Positions 36,330 to 49,864 of a DNA stretch of 64,000 bases are shown here, piece by piece. The translations under genes were made by a program, and so were the position numbers. Every line of letters begins with the position of its first letter. The first letter of the stretch is position 1. The notes below the pieces were generated by a model. It searched no databases. It saw only the letters and a list, made by a program, of their open reading frames with translations, and was not told the origin of the DNA. Source of the stretch: Hemiscyllium ocellatum (lineage: Eukaryota); NCBI RefSeq assembly GCF_020745735.1, contig NW_026867526.1, forward strand, positions 908,416 to 972,415, given 5' to 3'.

Positions 36330-39300
36330 GAACCTCTCCCACAAGGGAAACAACATTTCTGCATTTACACCATCAAGTTTCCTGAAAATAATAGATGTTT
36401 CAGAATGTCACCACTGAATCTTCTATGTTCTAATGAGTATAGGCCCAAACGACTCAGTCTCTACTCTCAAGACAGACCCTCCATCCTCAGGATCAGTCGG
36501 CTAAACCTCGTGTGGATTGTCTCACAGTCCAGTGTACCTTTTCTTTGTGATAAGAGTCCCAAGAACAGTCCACAGTATTCCAGCTGTGGTAAAAATACAG
36601 CTTCTTTTCAGTTTAAACAAACATTATAGTCATACAGATATCAGGCACAGAAACAGACCCTTCGGTCCAACTGCACTGACCAGATATCCCAACCTGACTG
36701 AGTACCATTTGCCAGACATTTGGCCTATCTTTCTCTAAATGTTACCTGTTCATACACCCATCCAGGTGCCTTTTAAATGCAGTAATTGAACCCACCTCCA
36801 CCACTACCACTGGCAGCTGTTTCCATACATACACGTGAAAAGGTTACCCCTCAGGTTCTTTTCAAACGTTTCTCCTCTCACCTTAATCTGCTGTCCTCTA
36901 GTTTTGGACTCTCCCACTCGAGGAAAAAGGCCTTGGCTATTCACCATATCAATGCCCTGCATGGTTTTATAGGTCTTGTTCAGGCCACTCCTCAGCCTCC
37001 TTTCCTCTCACTTTAGGGAAAAGAAAAGCCCCAGTCTATTCAGCTTCACCTTATACCTTAAACACTCCAATTCCAGCATCATTCTTGGAAATCTTTTCTA
37101 CATCCCCTCAAGTTTCACAAAATCCTTCATCGAAATGGTCAGCCAGATTTGTCTGTAATAATTCTAAACGTGGCCTCACAAATGTCCTGTACAACTGAGA
37201 CATGGCATCGCGACTCCTACACTTAATGTTATGACCAATGAAGGAAAGCGTGCCAAACACCTTCTTCCCCACCCTGTCTACCTGCAACTCCACTTTCAAG
37301 GAATGATGCATCTGCACCCTTTGGTTTCTTTGCTCAGCAACACTCCCCAAGGGCCAGCCATTAATTGTATAAGTCTTGCCCTGGTTTGCCTTACAAAAAT
37401 GCAGCACCTCACATTTATTTAATAAAGCTTGGGTTCATGAAAGGCAGGTCATGTTTAACTGATTAATTGGAATTCTTTGAGGTCATAATGAGCGTGGTAG
37501 ACCATGGGGAACTGGTGAACGTGGTGTATCTGGATTTCCAAAAGGCATTCAGCAAGGTGCTGCACAAAAGGCTGCTGCATAAGATAAAGATGCACAGTGT
37601 TACGGGCAATGCATTAGCATGGACAGAAAACTGGTTAACTAACAGAATGCAAAACGTGGGGATAAATGGGTGTTTTTCTGGTTGGCAATCAGTGGCGAGT
37701 GGTGTGTCTCAGGGATGAGTGTTGGCACTGCAATTGTTTACAATTCAGGTAGATTGCTTCGAGTTAGAGATCCAAGTGTAGTGTGTTGTAGTTCGCAGAA
37801 GGCACTTAAATGAGTGATAGAGCAAAGTGTGCAGGAGGATATAGATAGGTTAAGTGAGTGGGCAAGAGTCTGGCAGATGGAGTACAATGTTAGTAAACGT
37901 GAGGTCATCCATTTTGGTAGGCATAATAACAAACAGAATGCTGCTGTGCAGGGGGACTTGGGTGTTCTTGTGCATGAAACACAAAAGTATGGTTTGCAGG
38001 TACAGTAGCTAATTAGGAAGACAAATGGAATAATGTCCTTCATTGGCTGTGGATAGAGTTTAAAATTAGGACTTTCTGTTGCAGCTGTATAGGGCGCTGG
38101 TGTGACCATGCCTGAAGTATTCTGTACACTTTTCATCACCTTACATGAGATGACACTGGGGTGGGGCTTGCTGAGGAGGTTGATTACGTTGATTCTGGAA
38201 ATGAGGGGGTTGGCTTGTGAGGAGAGATTGAGCAGACTGGGAGTATACTCATTGGAATTCAGAAGAATGTGGGAGGGGGGTTGTAAAATTATAAATGGGA
38301 TAGATAAGACAGAAGCAGGGATGCTATTTCCACTGGTGGGTGAAATTAGAATGACGGGGCATAACATTAAAATAAGGGAAACAGATTTAGGACTGAGTTG
38401 AGGATCAACATCTTCACCCAAAGGGTTGTGAAGCTGTGGAATCCCCTGCCTAGTGAAGCAGCTGAGGCCAACTTGTTGAATGTTTTAAAGTTGAAAATAG
38501 ATTTTTTTAACAGTAAAGGAATGAAGGGTTATAGTGAGCGGGTGGGTAAGTGGAATCTTAGTCCATTGAAAGATGATCCATGATGTTATTGAAAGGCAGA
38601 GCAGACTCATGGGGTCAGATGGCCTGCTCCTGATCGTATTTCTAATGTTTGGATGTTATGTTCTAACAGGCCTCCCATCCAAAACGTAATGCTCTCTGAC
38701 TACTAAGTAAAAACTGAAAGAACTGTGGATGCTGTGTATCAGAAACAAAAACGGAAACTGCTGGAAATGTTCAGAAGGTCTGGCAGCATCTCTGGTGTGA
38801 AAGGCTCACCAGTTTATGGTTCCCTGGCTTTTCCATACAACTTTCTTCAATATTGCTGCCTCATTAGTCACTCTCCAGTCTTCTGGCATCTCATCTATGA
38901 TTATCAATGATACAAATATCTCAGCAAGGGGTCCACGAATCTCTTCCCTAGCTTCCCACAAAGTTCTGAGAAAACCTAACCAGGTCTCCAGGATTTATTT
39001 CCATTTTGCTACTGTAAGACCTCCAACACCTCCTCTTCTGTAAGATGAACTCATTTTAAGATCACATTATTTGTTTCCCAAGTTCCTTAGCTTCTATGCT
39101 CCTGTCTACTGTAAATATTGATACAAAATATTTGCTTAGTGTCTCAGCCATCTCCTGTGGTTCCATGTATGGAAAGCCATGTTGATCTTTAAGGGCTGTA
39201 TTCTCTCCTTAGTTATTCTTTTAAACTTAAAATAATTTTAGAATCTTTTCAGATCTCCTTAATTCTATTTGCCAAAGCAATTTCATGCCCCCTTTTTTCC

Positions 39301-40560
39301 CTCATGATTTCCTGGTTAAGGATACTCTGACTGCCCCTATCCCCTTCTCAGGATTCACTCAATCCCAGCTGTCTATATCTGATGAATGCCCCCTTCGTTT
39401 TCTGGCCAGGAGTTGCAATTTCCCTCATCATTGAGCTTGTCCCATGCCTTGCCCTTCACACAAACAGAAACACACCATCACTGAACTCTCATTGTCTCAT
39501 TCTTAAAGGCCTCCCACTTGTCAGTCATCCCTTTACCTGAGAAAAATCTCCCTCAACCAACTTCTCAAAGTCTTCTACCATTGAAACTGGCCACACTCCA
39601 ATTTGAAACTTTCATTTTTAAATCAATTCTGTCCTTTCTCATCATTATTATTAAACCAATAGAATTATGATCACTTTCCCTGAAGTGTGCCCCTACAGAC
39701 ACCTCAGTCACTTGTCCTGCCTTGATTCTCAACAGAAGGTCAAGTATTGCGAACTGTCCAGTAGGTGCATCCACATATCGAATAACAACGTTTTCTTGTA
39801 CACACTTAACCAATTTCTCCACATTCCAAGATCTTAACATTCCCCCAAATTCTGTTTGGAAAGTTAAAATTCCCTACCATTATCCTCTTTTCTTACAGAT
39901 AGCATAATCGCTTGTAAATTTCCCACTGACTATTATTTTACAATCCCAGCAAGGTCATCACCTCTTTCTTATTTTTAAGTTTCATCCATATAACTTCACT
40001 GGGCAGTCTCCAAGAAATATCCTCTCTACATCCAGCTGTAATGTTCTTTCTAACCAAAAACACCACTCCATCTCCTCTCTTGCTCCTCTGTCTATACATT
40101 CTATAACATCTGTATCCTGGAACATTAAGTTGCCAGTCCTGTTCATCCCTGACCCACATTTCTGTCATGGGAATGTTATCCTTGTCCCACATTCCCATCT
40201 ATGCCCTATGTTCATCTGTCTCACATGTCAGATCTCTTGCATCGAAGTAAATGCAGTTTAGCAGTCTTACCTTGCTCTTGCCAAACTGTTGTCTGCCTTG
40301 ACCCCTAGAATTGCTCATCACATCTCACCTCAAAAATTTCTCTTTTCTCACTATCTTGTTGGTTCCCACTATCCCCCTTACTAATTTAAAACCTTCAGCA
40401 TACTGCTAGCAAATTTCCCCACAAGAATATCGGTCCCCTTCCAATTCAGGTCCCTCTTATATAGGTCATTTCTATTCCTGAAGAGATCCCAATGATTGAA
40501 AAATGGGAATCCTAACCCCTGCAGCAGCTCCTCAGCTACACATTCGCTGCTGTATCTGAC
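36330..40560. mobile_element. Cluster of CR1-type LINE fragments in both orientations (minus ~36330-37420, plus ~37420-38650, minus ~39000-40560)
   Basis: Peptides 'VVYLDFQKAFSKVLHKRLLHKIK..WQSVASGVSQG' (37467-37718), 'RDAMSQLYRTFVRPRLE' (37108-37407) and 'LDLLL..HFRESDHNSI' (39565-39840). Confidence 0.8.
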
Positions 40561-41619
40561 TGTTCCTAATCTCAATATTCCATTAGTTTTTAAACAAACC
40601 CCAACATGACATTTGCCATCTTTATTGACAGTTGAAATTAAAAGCTAACTTTTTGTTGTTCGGAGATGCAGACTTCCTGTAGATTTCTGAATTCAATCTC
40701 TATCTTGCCTGTTAAAATGCACAAGTTCACTGTTTATGTCTGTTTGCATTTATTTAATCCACATGACATTAATGTGCAAAGCTCCTTGTTCACTCTCGTC
40801 CTATCTGTATCGATCCACAAACTTCTTTTTGTGTCATACTCACCACTTGTCTCCGCTCCAATTTTTGTGTCATTCGCAAACTTGCCTACAATATATTCAC
40901 TTTCCTCATCTAAGTCATCAAAATACTTTGTAAATTTTTTTTCTCCCCCAGAACAGATTTATGTGGTACTCCACAGATTGACATCCTGTAAAATAAAACA
41001 CTTCATCAAACTTTTCTGATTGGAATTTCAAAAATCCTCTCTCCACGTTAATACAGTCCCTCCAAACCAAGGCTCCTTTCTTATTCAGTAATCTTATGCA
41101 AGGGTGCTGTCAAACACCTTCAGAAAATCAAAACATGTTACAATCACGGTTTCCTCCATTTTCTCCAAGAATTCCAATACATTTATCAGGCAAGATTTCC
41201 ATTTTGTAAAGCCATTCTCAGTTTTCTGCTGTAACATTCTTTTTTAAAGACTCCACCATTTTTTTCAATAAATGATGTTAAACTAAGTAGCCTCAGTCAA
41301 CCTTTTGTATGCCTTAACTTTTTATGAGTGAAGGTGTTGGTTGAAGGATCTACGATCAGCCGTCACTTCCACCTGCTGGAGAAGTACTGTCATCTACTGT
41401 GAAAAACTCAACAAAATGTATCTATGTTCATTTACTGAGAAAGCAATTCCACAAATGTTCTAGCTCATCACCTTCTGCTGGCGGTCCCAGATTTTATGAA
41501 GCAATTCATTGAAAGTCGACAAGGCTAATTAGCATCAAACCAAGATCAATAATTAAGCAGAAATATCTCAATTCCTGGTCATGTATTTTTGTTCATCTCT
41601 TTTTAGGACATTAGCTTTG

Positions 41620-42820
41620 ACAATGTGGAGACTGTATGGGTGGAGCTGTGAAATACCAAAGGACAAAAAACATTAGTGGGTGTTATACACAGACCCCCAG
41701 ACTGCAGTGGTCATATCGGAATAGTATTAAACAGGAAATTAGCCAAGCATGTGATATGGAGACATCTGTGATCATGGGTGATTTTAATCTGCATCTAGAT
41801 TGGACAAATCAAATTAGCCACAATGTCTTAGAGGAAAAATTCCTGGAGTAGATGCGGGATGGTTTCCTTAACCAATATGTGGATGAACCAACTAGAGAGC
41901 AGGCCATCTTAGACTGGGTACTGTGTAATGAGAAGGGAATCATTGCCAATCTAGCTGCGTGAGACTCCTTGGGGATGAGTGACCATGACATGATATAACT
42001 TTTTTATCAAGATGGAGAGTGAGCCAGCTGATTTGGAGACTAGAGTGCTGAATTTTAATAAAGGAAACTATGAAGATATATAAGGCATGAGTTGGTGTTG
42101 ATAGATGAGTGAAAGTTGCTTAAAGGTGTGACAGTAGATAGGCATTGGCAAATATTCAAGGAAATCATGGGGGATCTGCAACAACTATTTATTCCTGTCT
42201 GGTACAAAAGCAAAATGGGTAACAGGGCCAATCCATGGCTTATAAAGGAAATTAGATAGCATCCAATTGAAGGAAATAGCATAGAAATGGGCCAAGAAAA
42301 GTAATAGGTCAGATTTTTGAGAGCAGTTTTGAATTCAGCAAAGAAGGACCAAGGGATTGATTAAGATGGGGAAAACAGTCCAAAAGAAAGTAAGCTTGCA
42401 GGGAGCATGAAGACTGATGCTACAAGGTTCTACAGTGCATGAAGAGAAAGAGATTGATGAAGACAAATGGTAGGTCCCTCCAGATGGAAATTGGGGAAAT
42501 GTATAACAAAGGACAACGAAACAGCTGAGCAATTGTATCCATCCTTTAGTTCTGTCTTCACAAAAACCGACAGTTATACAGGAGGTGGGTGAGGCTGCAG
42601 TTGGAGCATGTGCTCTGTTTTAGTCACCTTGCTCGAGGAAGGATGTTATTAAACTGGAAAGGTGCAGAAGAAATTTCTAAGGATGTTGCTCGCACTCAGT
42701 GTTATAAGGAGAGGCTGAACAAGCTAGAACTTCTTTTCTTGGCAGTCTAGGAGACTGAGAGGGGATCTTATAGAACTGTACAAAATGATGAAAGGCATAC
42801 ACTCAGTCTTTTTTGTCTTG
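41620..42820 (+). mobile_element. CR1-type LINE fragment (endonuclease to linker region)
   Basis: ORF 41636-41851 'VIMGDFNLHLDW', an APE-like endonuclease motif; frameshifted downstream. Confidence 0.75.
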
Positions 42821-43006
42821 AAGAAGTTTTCCTCCTCTGTCTACAAGATCTTTCCACTCTGCAGGCTCCCTGCCTCTATTCCTAATGAAGGGTTTTTGCC
42901 CGACACGTCGATTTTCCTGCTCCTTGGATGCTGCCTGTGTTTTTCCAGCTCCACTCTCAGCTAGACTCTGGTTTCCAGCATCTGCAGTCATTGTTTTCAA
43001 TTAATT

Positions 43007-46000
43007 GATTTATATCAGACAGACAGAGATTGGCGTCAGTGTCTGTGGGGCTGGTTTATATCAGACAGGCAGAGATTGGCGTCAGTGTCTGTGGGGCTGG
43101 TTTATATCAGACAGGCAGAGATTGGCGTCAGTGTCTGTGGGACTGGTTTATATCAGACAGGCAGAGCTGAAAAATGTGTTGCTGGAAAAGCGGGGCAGGT
43201 CAGGCAGCATCCAAAGAGCAGGAGAATCGACGTTTCGGGCATGAGCCCTTCTTCAGGAATGAGGAAAGTGTGTCCAGCAGGCTAAGATAAAAGGTAGGGA
43301 GGAGGGACTTGGGGGAGGGGTGTTGGAAATGCGATAGGTGGAAGGAGGTCAAGGTGATGGTGACAGGCTGGAGTGGGGGTGGGGGTGGAGAGGTCAGCAA
43401 GAAGATTGCAGGTTAGGAAGGCGGTGTTGAGTTCAAGGGATTTGACTGAGACAAGGTGGGGGCAGGGGAAATGAGGAAGCTGGAGAAATCTAGTTTCATC
43501 CCTTGTGGTTGGAGGGTTACTAGGCAGAAGATGAGGCGCTCTTCCTCCAGCCGTCGTGTTGCTATGGTCTGGCGATGGAGGAGTCCAAGGACCTGCATGT
43601 CCTTGGTGGAGTGGGAGGGGGAGTTGAAGTGTTGAACCACGGGGTGGTTGGGTTGCTTAGTCCGGGTGTCCCAGAGGTGTTCCCTGAAATGTTCCGCAAG
43701 TAGGCAGCCTGTCTCCCCATCATTGGGGGAAGAGCGCCTCATCTTCCGCCTCGGAACCCTCCAACCACAAGGGATGAACCTAGATTTCTCCAGCTTCCTC
43801 ATTTCCTCCACCTTGTCTCAGTCAAATCCCTTGAACTCAGCACCGCCTTCCTAACCTGCAATCTTCTTCCTGACCTCTCCGCCCCCACTCCCACTCCGGC
43901 CTATCACCCTCACCTTGACCTCCTTCCACCCATCGCATTTCCAACGCGCCTCCCCCAAGTCCCTCCTTCCTGCCTTTTATCTTAGCCTGCTGGACACACT
44001 TTCCTCATTCCTGAAGAAGGGCTCATGCCCGAAACGTCGATTCTCCTGCTCTTTGGATGCTGCCTGACCTGCTGCGCTTTTCCAGCAACACATTTTCAGC
44101 TCTGATCTCCACCATCTGCAGTCCTCACTTTCACCTATCAGACAGGCAGAGATTGGCGTCAGTGTCTGTGGGGCTGGTTTATATCAGACTGGGGGAGATT
44201 GGTGTTAGTGACTGTGGGGCTGGTTTATATCAGACTGGGGGAGATTGGTGTCAGTGTCTGTGGGGCTAGTTTATATCAGACTGGGGGAGATTGGTATCAG
44301 TGACTGTGGGGCTAGTTTATATCAGACTGGGGGAGATTGGTGTCAGTGACTGTGGGGCTGGTTTATATCAGACTGGGGGAGATTGGTGTCAGTGACTGTG
44401 GGGATGGTTTATATCAGACTGGGGGAGATTGGTGTTAGTGTCTGTGGGGCTGGTTTATATCAGACTGGGGGAGATTGGTGTCAGTGTCTGTGTGGCTGGT
44501 TTATATCAGACAGAGGGAGATTGGTGTTAGTGACTGTGGGACTGGTTTATATCAGACTGGGGGAGATTGGTGTTAGTGACCGTGGGGCTGGTTTATATCA
44601 GACTGGGGGAGATTGGTGTTAGTGACTGTGGGGCTGGTTTATATCAGACTGGGGGAGATTGGTGTTAGTGACTGTGGGGCTGGTTTATATCAGACTGGGG
44701 GAGATTGGTGTCAGTGACTGTGGGGCTGGTTTATATCAGACTGGGGGAGATTGGTGTTAGTGACTGTGGGGCTGGTTTATATCAGACAGAGGGAGATTGG
44801 TGTTAGTGACTGTGGGGCTGGTTTATATCAGACTGGGGGAGATTGGTGTTCGTGACTGTGGGGCTGGTTTATATCAGACTGGGGGAGATTGGTGTCAGTG
44901 TCTGTGGGGCTGGTTTATATCAGACTGGGGGAGATTGGTGTTAGTGACGGTGGGGCTGGTTTATATCAAACTGGGGGAGATTGGTGTTAGTGACGGTGGG
45001 GCTGGTTTATATCAAACTGGGGGAGATTGGTGTTAGTGTCTGTGGGGCTAGTTTATATCAGACTGGGGGAGATTGGTGTCGGTGACTGTGGGGCTGGTTT
45101 ATATCAGACTGGGCGAGATTGGTGTCAGTGACTGTGGGGCTGGTTTATATCAGACTGGGGGAGATTGGTGTTAGTGACTGTGGGGCTGGTTTATATCAGA
45201 CTGGGGGAGATTGGTGTTAGTGTCTGTGGGGCTGGTTTATATCAGACTGGGGGAGATTGGTGTTAGTGACTGTGGGGCTGGTTTATATCAGACTGGAGGA
45301 GATTGGTGTTAGTGTCTGTGGGGCTGGTTTATATCAGACTGGGGGAGATTGGTGTTAGTGACGGTGGGGCTGGTTTATATCAGACTGGGGGAGATTGGTG
45401 TTAGTGTCTGTGGGGCTAGTTTATATCAGACTGGGGGAGATTGGTGTTAGTGTCTGTGGGGCTGGTTTATATCAGACTGGGGGAGATTGGTATTAGTGAC
45501 TGTGGGGCTGGTTTATATCAGACTGGGGGAGATTGGTATTAGTGACTGTGGGGCTGGTTTATATCAGACTTGGGGAGATTGGTATTAGTGACTGTGGGGC
45601 TGGTTTATATCAGACTGGGGGAGATTGGTGTTAGTGACTGTGGGGATGGTTTATATCAGACTGGGGGAGATTGGTGTTAGTGTCTGTGGGGCTGGTTTAT
45701 ATCAGACTGGGGGAGATTGGTGTTAGTGACTGTGGGACTGGTTTATATCAGACTGGGGGAGATTGGTATTAGTGACTGTGGGGCTGGTTTATATCAAACT
45801 GGGGGAGATTGGTGTTAGTGACTGTGGGGCTGTTTTATATCAGACTGGGGGAGATTGGTGTCAGTGTCTGTGGGGCTGGTTTATATCAGACTGGGGGAGA
45901 TTGGTTTTAGTGACTGTGACGCTGGTTTATATCAGACTGGGGGAGATTGGTGTTAGTGACTGTGGGGCTGGTTTATATCAGACTGGGGGAGATTGGTGTT

Positions 46001-46215
46001 AGTGACTGTGGGGCTGGTTTATATCAGACTGGAGGAGATTGGTGTTAATGTCTGTGGGGCTGGTTTATATCAGACTGGTGGAGATTGGTGTTAGTGACTG
46101 TGGGGCTGGTTTATATCAGACAGGGGGAGATTGGTGTTAGTGTCTGTGGGGCTGGTTTATATCAGACTGGGGGAGATTGGTGTTAGTGTCTGTGGGGCTG
46201 GTTTATATCAGACTG
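43007..46215 (+). repeat. 46-bp minisatellite (CAGACTGGGGGAGATTGGTGTTAGTGACTGTGGGGCTGGTTTATAT), ~3.5 copies at 43007-43166 and ~45 copies at 44136-46215
   Basis: Direct reading of the tandem units; degenerate copies continue to ~46345; the array is interrupted by a Penelope-like insertion. Confidence 0.95.
43167..44135. mobile_element. Penelope-like element insertion with inverted structure (minus arm ~43167-43728, plus arm ~43729-44135)
   Basis: Minus ORF 43413-43811 'EHFREHLWDTRTKQPNHPVVQHFNSPSHS..RRLEEERLIF' (GIY-YIG C-part), an inverted second copy of the 3' end, and flanking 16-bp direct repeats tatcagacaggcagag (43151-43166, 44136-44151). Confidence 0.85.
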
Positions 46216-47719
46216 AAGGAAAATGTTGTCACTGTCTGTGGGACAGGGTGAAATCAGACATGGGGAGATTTGTGTCTGTGGGGTGGTTGATATTCGACAG
46301 GGGGTGATTGGTGTCAGTGATCGAGGGGCTGGTTTATATCTGACAGGAGGAGTTTGGTGAGGACGTTATAAAGCCAGAAGAGGATCACTTCATGCTTTAA
46401 TTCTCTTTCAAGGCATACTGGGCACTCAAGGGTTAAACATTCCACTGTGAAACAGATTCACTACAGTATCAATTACAGAATAGACAGAACATCTCAGTAG
46501 GATAACTGAATCTTCGAGAAGGAATCCATTGCAGCCACACATGTGGATTCCTCTGCAGCCTCAGGCAACGGTATTTGTCCTCCCCAGCCCAGACTGATAG
46601 CCTTGGCCGCAACCCTGTTAAACTGCCTCCTGCTCCCATTATCTTGCTTCCTCTCCATATTAGCATAGGGATGTGAATTCCCCATTGAAAACAGGCAAAA
46701 CCCTTCAGTTTTAATCTCTTCCCATTGATACATGATCATGAAGAATACGATAATCAGTCGTTATTGCAGGCCATCGACATTCACCGGACCTTGTAAAATT
46801 ATAATTGCCCATCTTAAACAATGTAACGACAGTCAACCATGTGGATTATAGACCTTTTGTATCACCACAAGTAGACACACAACTACTTTCAGGGACATGG
46901 AGAATCCCGCGCTGCACTCCGATAATAAAGCATCTGCTGTTGTACTGAAACTTGTGTCGTCTGGATTTGTGGAACAAAATATAGATTAACAGCCTCACAA
47001 CTCTATGTTTGACTTTTCATTTTCAATCAGGAAGTGTCTGCTTCGCCTTCCCATATCTAACAAACCATCAGATTTCATCTCTGCAGCCTCAGATCCTCTC
47101 TGTAACCACAAATAAACACTGAGTGATGAAGATATTTAGCAGGTGCAGAAGCATCTGCAGAGAGTGAGAACAGAGTTCAAACCCAGGTCTGACCGTGTGT
47201 CAGAATAAAGCTCAATCTTGTGGCACTGCCACATTGACAATTGTTAGTGCCAACACCTCAATCAAAGTCTCTTCATTGTCCTGTTGTTTATCGAATGGCA
47301 GTGGTCTACAGTGCAGAACAAGTCCCTTCAGCCCATTGATTCTGTGCCAGTCATAAACAACCATCAAACTATGGTAACCTCATTTCTCAGCCCTCGGCCC
47401 ATCACCTTGTATAAGGTAAAAACAAGGACTGCAGATGCTGGAAACCAGAGTCTAGATTAGAGTGGGGCTGGAAAAGCCCAGCAAGTCAGGCAGCATCCAA
47501 GGAGCAGGAAAATTGACGTTTCGGGCAAACAGGACAGACTACAGATTCAAAAACACCAGCAACGGTTCTCCTTCAAGACCCATCACCTTGTGTGTCTTGG
47601 CATTGCAAGTGCACATCTGAATACTTCTTCAATGATTTGAGAGCTTCTGTCTGTAATGCCCTTCCGGCAGTGAATTCAGTTTCTCACCACCCTCTGGGTG
47701 AAAGCCTTTTTCCTTCATT

Positions 47720-49800
47720 ACACAGACCATGAGTATAGGAGTTAGGACATCATGTGGAGGTTGTACAGGCCTGTTCTAGAATACTGTGTCCAATTCTGGT
47801 CTCCCTGTTATAGGAGGGGTATTGTTAAACTGTTCAGAAAATATTTACAAGGATGTTGCCAGGACTGGAGGGTTTGACTTAGATGGAAAGGAGCTTGAAG
47901 GTTGAGGGGTGACCTTACAGAGGTTTATAGTATAATAAGGAGCATATATAAGGTGAATGTCAGATGTCTTTTCCCTCGGGTGATAGACTTCAGGGTTTGT
48001 AGATGAAGAGGAAGTGATTAGAGAGATATGGAACAAGTACAGGTAAATGGGACTAGGGTAAATTAGGATATCTGGTCCGCATGGACGGGTTGGGCCGAAG
48101 GATCTGTTTCTGTGCTGTACGCCTCTATTACTCAATAGAGAGATGTATAAAATAATGAGGGGTGTTCATAAGATTGATAGTGAGGAAAAATTCCCCTTGG
48201 ACTAGGGAGCTTATTCCCCCCCAGACTTCAGCACTAGGGGACATACTTTTAAAGTGAGAGGGGAAAGATTTAAAAGGGAAATGAGGTTCAACTTGTTCTA
48301 CACAGAGAGTGGTTCATGAGGAATTAATGGATGCGGGTTCAGTTCCAATGTTTAAAAGGTATTTGGACAAACAGGAAAGTATTGAAGGGATATGGGCCAG
48401 GAGCAGGTGGTGGGACTAGTTTTGTTTGGGATTATGGTTAGCATGGACTTTGGGGGGAAACAAAAGGTCTGTTTCCATGCTGTATGACTTTATCACTGAC
48501 ATTCCCCTTAAATCTCCTGCCCCTCACCTTAAATATCTGCACTGCCTTCCAGTCTTTACAACATTTGTCTGAATTGGTTCCTCCATCAAGGGGAATATTT
48601 CCTTACTGTCTACCCAATCAACACCTCCCATTATTGTGTACATCTCAGTGATGCCATAGAGTCAAACAGATGTACAACACAGAAACAGATCCTTCAGCCC
48701 AACTCGTCCATGCCAACCAGATATCCAAAATTAACCTCGTCCCATTTACCAGCACTTGGCCCTCTAATCCCTTCCAGTTCAAATTAAAACTCACCCAACA
48801 CCAGGTTATAATCCAACAGGTTTATTTGGAACCACTAGCTTTCCGAACACTGCTCCTTCATCAGGTGGTTGTGGAGTTTTCTTCTACCCCTCCCGATGCC
48901 TTTTATCTGTTACTAGCCTTGTACTGGCCTGCACTTCCTCTTGCATACATGCACTGCCTGTTGCATGAAAAACTTGCCCCTTAGAACCCTTGTAAGTCTT
49001 TCCCCTCTCACCCTAAACCTATGCCCTCTAGTTCTGGACTCCCCCACCCCAGGGAAAAGACCTTGTCTATTTACCCTATCCATGCATCCATGATTTTATA
49101 AACCTCTTGAAGGTCACTCCTCAGCCTTCGACACTCCAGGGAAGACAGTTCCAGCCTATCCAGCCTTTCCTGGAGTTCAAACCCTCCAACCCTGGCAACA
49201 TCCTTGTAAATCTTTTCTGAACCCTTTCAAATTTCACAATATCCTTTCTATAGGAGTCAGAGCAGAATTGCACACAATACTCCAAAGGTAGCCTAACCAA
49301 TGTCCTGTACAGCCACAACATGACCTCCAAACTCCTTTACTCAATGCTCTGACTAATAAGGGAAAGCATATCAAATGCCTTCGTCACTATCCTATCTACC
49401 TGTGACTCCCCTCGCAATCTCTCTGGTCGAAGGAAAACGACCCAATCTTTCCAGTCGCTCTTCATAACTGAAACTCTCCAGCTCAGAAAACATCTTTCCA
49501 AGTCTTGAGTACTAACATATCCCTCCTTAAATGTGGATTCTAGAAATGCAGACAACAAGCTAGCTGTCCCCTAGCCAATGTTTTCGACAGTTCTAACCAA
49601 ACTTCCCAGCTCAACCTCTGTGCTTAACAAGGAAAGGCGAGTTTATCACCTGCCCTGGTGTTTAAGTGACTGGTGGACATGCACAACAAGGTCCCTCTGA
49701 TCTTCAGTGCTTCCCAGGGCCCTATAGTTCATCACGTATTCCCTTACCGTGATTGTCCTCTTATGATCTAAGCCCATCTTCCTCACTGTTTGCCACAACA
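47720..49800. mobile_element. Nested CR1-type LINE 3' fragments (plus ~47720-48490; minus ~48650-49800)
   Basis: Peptide 'VMLWLYRTLVRLPLEYCVQFCSDSYRKDIVKFERVQKRFTRMLPGL' (49121-49330, minus) and CR1 3' UTR-like tails. Confidence 0.75.
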
Positions 49801-49864
49801 CTAGTTTTCGTATCATCCGTGAAATCACTGATCAATCAACTCACTGAATGGCACCAATCAACTA

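Noticed and set aside
44136-46215. CRISPR-like array
   Set aside because: Head-to-tail 46-bp units have no unique spacers, and the context is vertebrate.
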